A stretch of DNA of 63,952 nucleotides, counting the filler, from Thelocarpon superellum (lineage: Eukaryota): assembly GCA_026025795.1 (NCBI GenBank). It is 3 parts of 3 records of this genome, joined end to end, with 100 filler letters (N's around TTAATTAATTAA, not from the genome) between each part and the next. Parts side by side here need not be neighbours in the genome. Positions count along the whole stretch, not along the records: positions 48,598 to 63,952 come from JAPEUG010000410.1; 2 more parts are not named here. One strand, written 5' to 3'. Positions 59,378-63,952 of the stretch are shown in pieces. The notes below the pieces were generated by a model. That model searched no databases. It was not told the origin of the DNA and was given only the letters and a program-made list of their open reading frames with translations. The translations under genes and the position numbers were made by a program. Position 1 is the stretch's first letter; each line of letters starts with the position of its first letter.

Positions 59378-59449
59378 GGGCCGCTGGCGCAACGGTAGCG
59401 CGTTCGACTCCAGATCGAAAGGTTGCCGGTTCAAATCCGACGTGGCTCA
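59378..59449 (+). tRNA. tRNA-Trp (anticodon CCA), intronless
   Basis: Cloverleaf: acceptor GGGCCGC/GTGGCTC, D arm GCGC/GCGC, anticodon arm TTCGA-CTCCAGA-TCGAA, T loop TTCAAAT. A TTTT terminator follows. Confidence 0.93.
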
Positions 59450-59861
59450 ACTTTTGCTCCTTTAGTTTCTCATCGCAACTACATTACCTCTACGATGCTT
59501 GGTGTTTCTCTGCTTTACTGACCAGTAGTACTGGTGTATGCTTTTTCCTTCTTCATGTTGTTGCTTCACAGATGCAGTTGGAACCCTGCACACAATTTGA
59601 TTTCATCGTTCTCGCCATTCTTCCTACCTATCCTTGCGTTTCCTATCTGGTCCTTGTCATGTCATGTCGAAGCATCGTGTATGCACTGGCATATGTGTGT
59701 ATGTAAGTATGTGTGAGGAAAAGAGGGATGGAGAAACGCCAAGGTGCATGCGAATGACCGTTCCTTCATGGTCGTCATGTCATATCGTGTCGTTGTCGAT
59801 GTCGTCTTCATGTCCAGTTGGTCCTCGTTCGTCTTCAATTGTCCGTGCCATACCTCAAGCC

Positions 59862-62441
59862 TCATGCCTCAACACTACCCAGCGCCTCTCGTAGTTCCTT
59901 CATGTTGAGGCCCGACGCCTCGGTGCATTGGCCCCCCTCGCAGATCATCACTCGTGCTCGATCCCCCTTGAGAGCCCCGAGGAGTCGATTGCGCTTCGCC
60001 AGCCAGCCCCCCTTCCGCCAGCGCACCAGTGTCCCCAGGTCGCCGACCGTGGCGCGCATGCGCCGGATCACCTCCGAGACCTCGTCGCCCTCGCCCACTG
60101 CCACGATGCTCCGGACCCCGAGCTGCCCCGCCACCACGGCCGGCAGCATCGACGTGAACAGAAATGGGTGCTGCATCACCTCGGCGTCAAAGGCCAGGCA
60201 CGTCTTGCGCCCGTATTCGGCGTACTCGGCATCGTGCAGGAAACTCGACAGCCGATACAGATTCTGCGCGCTGATGCCGTTGGTGGACGGCTCAGCGCTG
60301 TCCATGCCGTCCTTGAGCCGCAGGATGAGATCCGGAGCCGAGGCTTCGGTCGAAAAGAAGCCCGACGACGTCGCGCTCGAGTCGTCCCAGAAGAGTGAGA
60401 TCTGCGTGCCTGCCACGTGCCATACACCGTCAGCGGACGTCGGCGAAGGTAGAGGAGGGTTCCTTACGCTGTAGTTGGTCCGCAAACTCGAGGTAGCGTT
60501 CCTCAAAGGTGGCCTCGTATAGGTGAAGAAGTCCCTCGATCAGGAAAGCGTAGTCGTCCGCGAACCCCGGCGTCGACCCCGCGCCCTTGCGATACACCCG
60601 CGTCAGGCGACCGGTCCGCGCATCGAACAACTGCCGCCGGACGAATGTCGCCGCCCGCTCCGCCGCCTCCCGATACCTGGCCGCACGATCGGCGTCGATC
60701 TCCCACAGCGCCGCGCTCGTCCGGGCCAGCGCACCAATCGCCAGGCCATTCCAGCTCGTGACGATCTTGTCGTCGAGGTTGGGCCGCGGCCGTGTCTGCT
60801 CGCGATGCTCCCGCAGCCGACGCCGGCCGTCCTTGATCATCCGCACCACCACGTCCTCGCTCATGCCGAAATCCTTGGCCAGCTGCGTCGGCGTGCTCGC
60901 AATCGCCAGCACATTCTGATTCATGAACTCGTCGTGCGCGTCATTCTCTGGCGGCACGTTGCCATGTCGCTGCACATTCCAGAACTTGGCACACACCTCG
61001 GCCTCGCGCTCGCCCAGCACCTGATCAAACTCCTTGCGCGTCCAGAGGTAAAAGGCCCCTTCGCGCTTCTCCGTGTCCGTGGCGCGATAGAAGGAGTCGG
61101 CGTCTTCGGCGGAAAAGAAGCCGCCGTCGGGCGCTGCAAGGGCGTCAGTCGTTAGGTAGTTGGCGACATCGTACACGGCCCCCAGCATCTCGGCCGATTT
61201 GGCAACGAGAAAGGCATCTAGATAGGTGTGTAGCAACTGGGCTTGGTCATACAGCCTGCCGGACCACCACGGCCAGTCAGCACACCGGCATGATTGACCG
61301 CACCGCGGGTGCTCACATCTTCTCAAAATGGGGCAGGTTCCAGTCTGCCGTGACTGAGTATCGCGCGAAGCCATGACCGATCTGATCGTGGATCCCACCA
61401 CGCGTCATGCGTTGCAAGGTCTTCAGCGCCATGAAGGCTGCCTGGCTACATTCACCATCGCCCACCACATCCTGCACGGCCGGAGGAGCGACGCGTAAGC
61501 GGAGCAGGAAGGAGAGATTGACGGGAGTGGGAAACTTTGGGGCCACTGGTTCGGGGGTGAGTAGGCATACAGTGTGGTCCTCGCACGATCATGCGAGGAG
61601 AGGGCCGACTCACCGGCGAAGCCCCCGTGCGCCTTGTCGTAGCGATTGGCAAAATGCTGATAGGCATCCTCGAGCAAATCTAGCTCCGGCTGTTCGCCGT
61701 CCAACGACGCCGCCGCCCGGTTGTGGTTGCCCTCTTCCGCAAACTCCCGGAGCTGCGTCAGGATCTCCTTGGCGCTGTCCAGGCACCGCTCCTCCTGCTC
61801 TACCCAGACATCGCGAATCTTCTTTAAAATCTGCAGGAAGCCGACTTGGTCGGCCATCATCCCGGGCGCGGTCGACGTCGGGCCGGGCCAGTAGGTGCCG
61901 CCAAAGACAGGCTCAAGATCGGGCGTGATGAAGACATTGAGCGGCCAGCCGCCCGACCCCGTGGTGGCCTGGACGTAGTTCATGTAGATGCGGTCGACAT
62001 CCGGCCGCTCCTCGCGATCCACCTTGATGGGGATGAAGGAGGCGTTCAGTAGACGGGCCACTTCGTCATTCTCAAAGGACTCGCGCTCCATGACATGGCA
62101 CCCTACACCTCACGGAGTGAGATCAGCGATACGCCACCACCAGGGCCGGAGGCCGATCTCACGCACAGTGACACGCGGCATATCCGACGCTCAGAAAGAT
62201 GAGCCGATTGTGCTTCTTGGCCAAGGCGATGGCCTCGGGCCCCCAAAGCTGCCATGCCACCGGGTTATTCATGTGTCCTCGTACCTGCGATATGGCCAGG
62301 TCAGCTGAGTCGATCGAGGGTATGGGAGAGCCAGGGGAAGAAGGCCTCCACCGCACGCACATAAGGACTCCGGCTCTCGGCCAGGCGATTGGTCAGAGCC
62401 GCTACGCTGGGCGCCGCCGTCTTCGCGCCCGTGGCCGCCAT
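59862..62441 (-). CDS. Thioredoxin-like (DUF255) + six-hairpin glycosidase-like protein (SPATA20/YyaL family); possible upstream start at 62594
   Basis: NRLAESRSPY|V, FLSVGYAACH|WCHVMERESF, IKVDREERPDVD, GGWPL, PHFEKM|LYDQ, FFSAEDADS, DDKIVTSWNGL, DGMDSAEPS. Five introns. Confidence 0.93.
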
Positions 62442-63383
62442 GTGGAGCGCTCGTCGTCGTGGCCGGGCCGCAACAGGCGTGTGGACGGCAGGGGAAATGG
62501 AGGGGAATGCGAGGGGCCAACGGACGGCGGCAGGGCGATGACGTCGATGGATGGCGGGGCTGAGCGCGGAGCCGGTGTGGAAGCGCCTGAACATCCACCT
62601 TCGACCACGGCCGATTTAGACGTGTGAGCACTCGTCCGGCATCTGCTGGAGATCCGTCCAAGCGCCACCGGGGGCAGTGGCAGGGACAGCGGAGGGCACT
62701 CGAGGATTGCGGACGCACAGACGGTGCTCGGCCTCACGATGGCCCTTCGCTACGCGGAGCCGGCGATCCGGGATAGGGAGATAGGCAGATGCGGCGAAAC
62801 GGGGACTCTTACTCGTTCTTCTACTCAGCCTCTGACAGAGGGATAGTTGGGACGTTCCCTTACCTGGAGCGCGATCGTCGCGTGGCTGTTGGTCGCTTAC
62901 CAGCTAGATCCGTGTCGCCCGCACCGCCAGGCCAGCCACTGGAGCCGCCCTTCCGGATCGGGTCACGTCGGTGGGCTAGACGCTGGGCACCACCCCACCC
63001 TCTCACGGGCCCTAGGAGGTCATGTCCGTTGGAGGGTTTAATGATCTCACGGTCTCACGAGCACCGCATGTGGCCGGACAGGGGAAAGCACGGAGGGTGA
63101 CGATGATGTTCACTCAAGCTGTCCCAGACTGCTGCCAGCCTTAGGTACAAGGTATCAACACGGAAGAGAAAAGAATGGCGGGCGACTCGCCCCGGGGAAA
63201 GGCCCGCCGCAGACGAGTCGGGCCCCAACCAGATGGAAGAAGAGGCGGAAATATACAAGGTGCCCTCGCCAAGAGAGCCCGGCATCTGCAAGTCATCTCC
63301 CCCCGTCTGCCAGCCAGCCCGTGCCAGACAGAATGCTGTAAAGGTATCGTACAGAAAAGTCCACCACGCCTCGACCAAGTGGC

Positions 63384-63952
63384 CTACGACGAGGCCGGGA
63401 GCACGTTTGCGCCATACTCGCCGCCCATGTTGCCTGGTGCATCGTGGGTCAGTCAACCTTCCTCGTGCGGGATCAGGAGCGTATCTCACCTGGCGGGCCG
63501 TAGTTACAGACGGTGTTCCCGTTCTGGACTTCCTCGCCGCCGAAGCCGCAGTCGGTCTTGGTGTAGCAGCCGACGTGGGTGGTACCCTTCCAGACCAATT
63601 GGCTAAAATGACCCCATGACTCAAAGTTGGACATGTCAGGCGTGGGCACGCCGTATTCCGGGTAGTTTGGCTGCTCCTTGGTGTAAAACTCCTGGACCAT
63701 GCCGGACTCGATGGTGGACGGGTCGGCACCGACGCCGAACAAGAGGTTCTGTCCGTAACCACCACCGTTGACGTTCATCGTGTGCGACGTGGTGCACAGT
63801 TGCGCGATCTGCTGGGCCGATGCCGCGAGGCCGTCATCCCAGGATAAAGCAGGAGCCCCATGGATGGCTCGCTGCACATTGTGCGCGGCGAGCACGGCAG
63901 ATTGATAGTCGTTGGCTGCGGGTGCAGCTTCCGTGGTTACCTTGGCCGGCGC
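63384..63952 (-). CDS. CAP/SCP (PR-1/Pry-like) protein, 3' part; runs off the window end
   Basis: HNVQRAIHGAPALSWD, YGQNL, GHFSQLVWKGTTHVGC, TVCNYGPPG|NMGGEYGANV. Confidence 0.92.

Noticed and set aside
59378..59449. tRNA-Trp as a UGA-readthrough tRNA or sign of an alternative genetic code explaining in-frame stops
   Set aside because: It has a normal CCA anticodon and a 5-bp anticodon stem. Conserved genes end in TGA/TAG/TAA normally and have no internal stops.
1..63952. Transposons, secondary-metabolite clusters, rRNA/snRNA genes
   Set aside because: I recognised no transposase/RT motifs, LTR/TIR pairs, PKS/NRPS domains or structural RNA signatures.

Overview
GC-rich, intron-containing genomic DNA from a filamentous ascomycete (Pezizomycotina). 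The evidence is short GT/GC-AG introns with CTRAC branch sites and typical fungal genes. The window is three segments joined by two artificial 100-nt spacers (N44-TTAATTAATTAA-N44 at 24200-24299 and 48498-48597), so adjacency across those points is not established. About 23 intact or partial protein-coding genes are supportable: ALT1, an alpha/beta hydrolase, an HhH-motif protein, GIT1, a CE16/SGNH-like protein, Nse2/Mms21, a mitochondrial oxoglutarate/malate carrier, phytochrome, a Rad5-like SNF2 helicase, RRG7, LSB6, the AreB GATA factor, MCH1, TMS1, PMS1, UBL-WLM, EDC4-like, BC10, SPATA20-like, CAP/PR-1, an unknown membrane protein and two small secreted Cys-rich proteins. There are also three pseudogenes (trypsin-like, FHA-kinase-like, alpha/beta hydrolase) and one tRNA-Trp(CCA). 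The most striking signal is the areB locus: an AUG-free first coding exon that appears to start at an ACG in ideal context, tandem uORFs upstream, an alternative 3' splice site that removes an out-of-frame AUG, and a 7-copy tandem CCAAT-box array further upstream. Other highlights are two secreted pseudo-enzymes with eroded catalytic sites, two genes with leaky-scanning-type mitochondrial presequences, GC-AG introns and an ATG-only first exon. All assignments come from manual motif recognition; no database searches were run.
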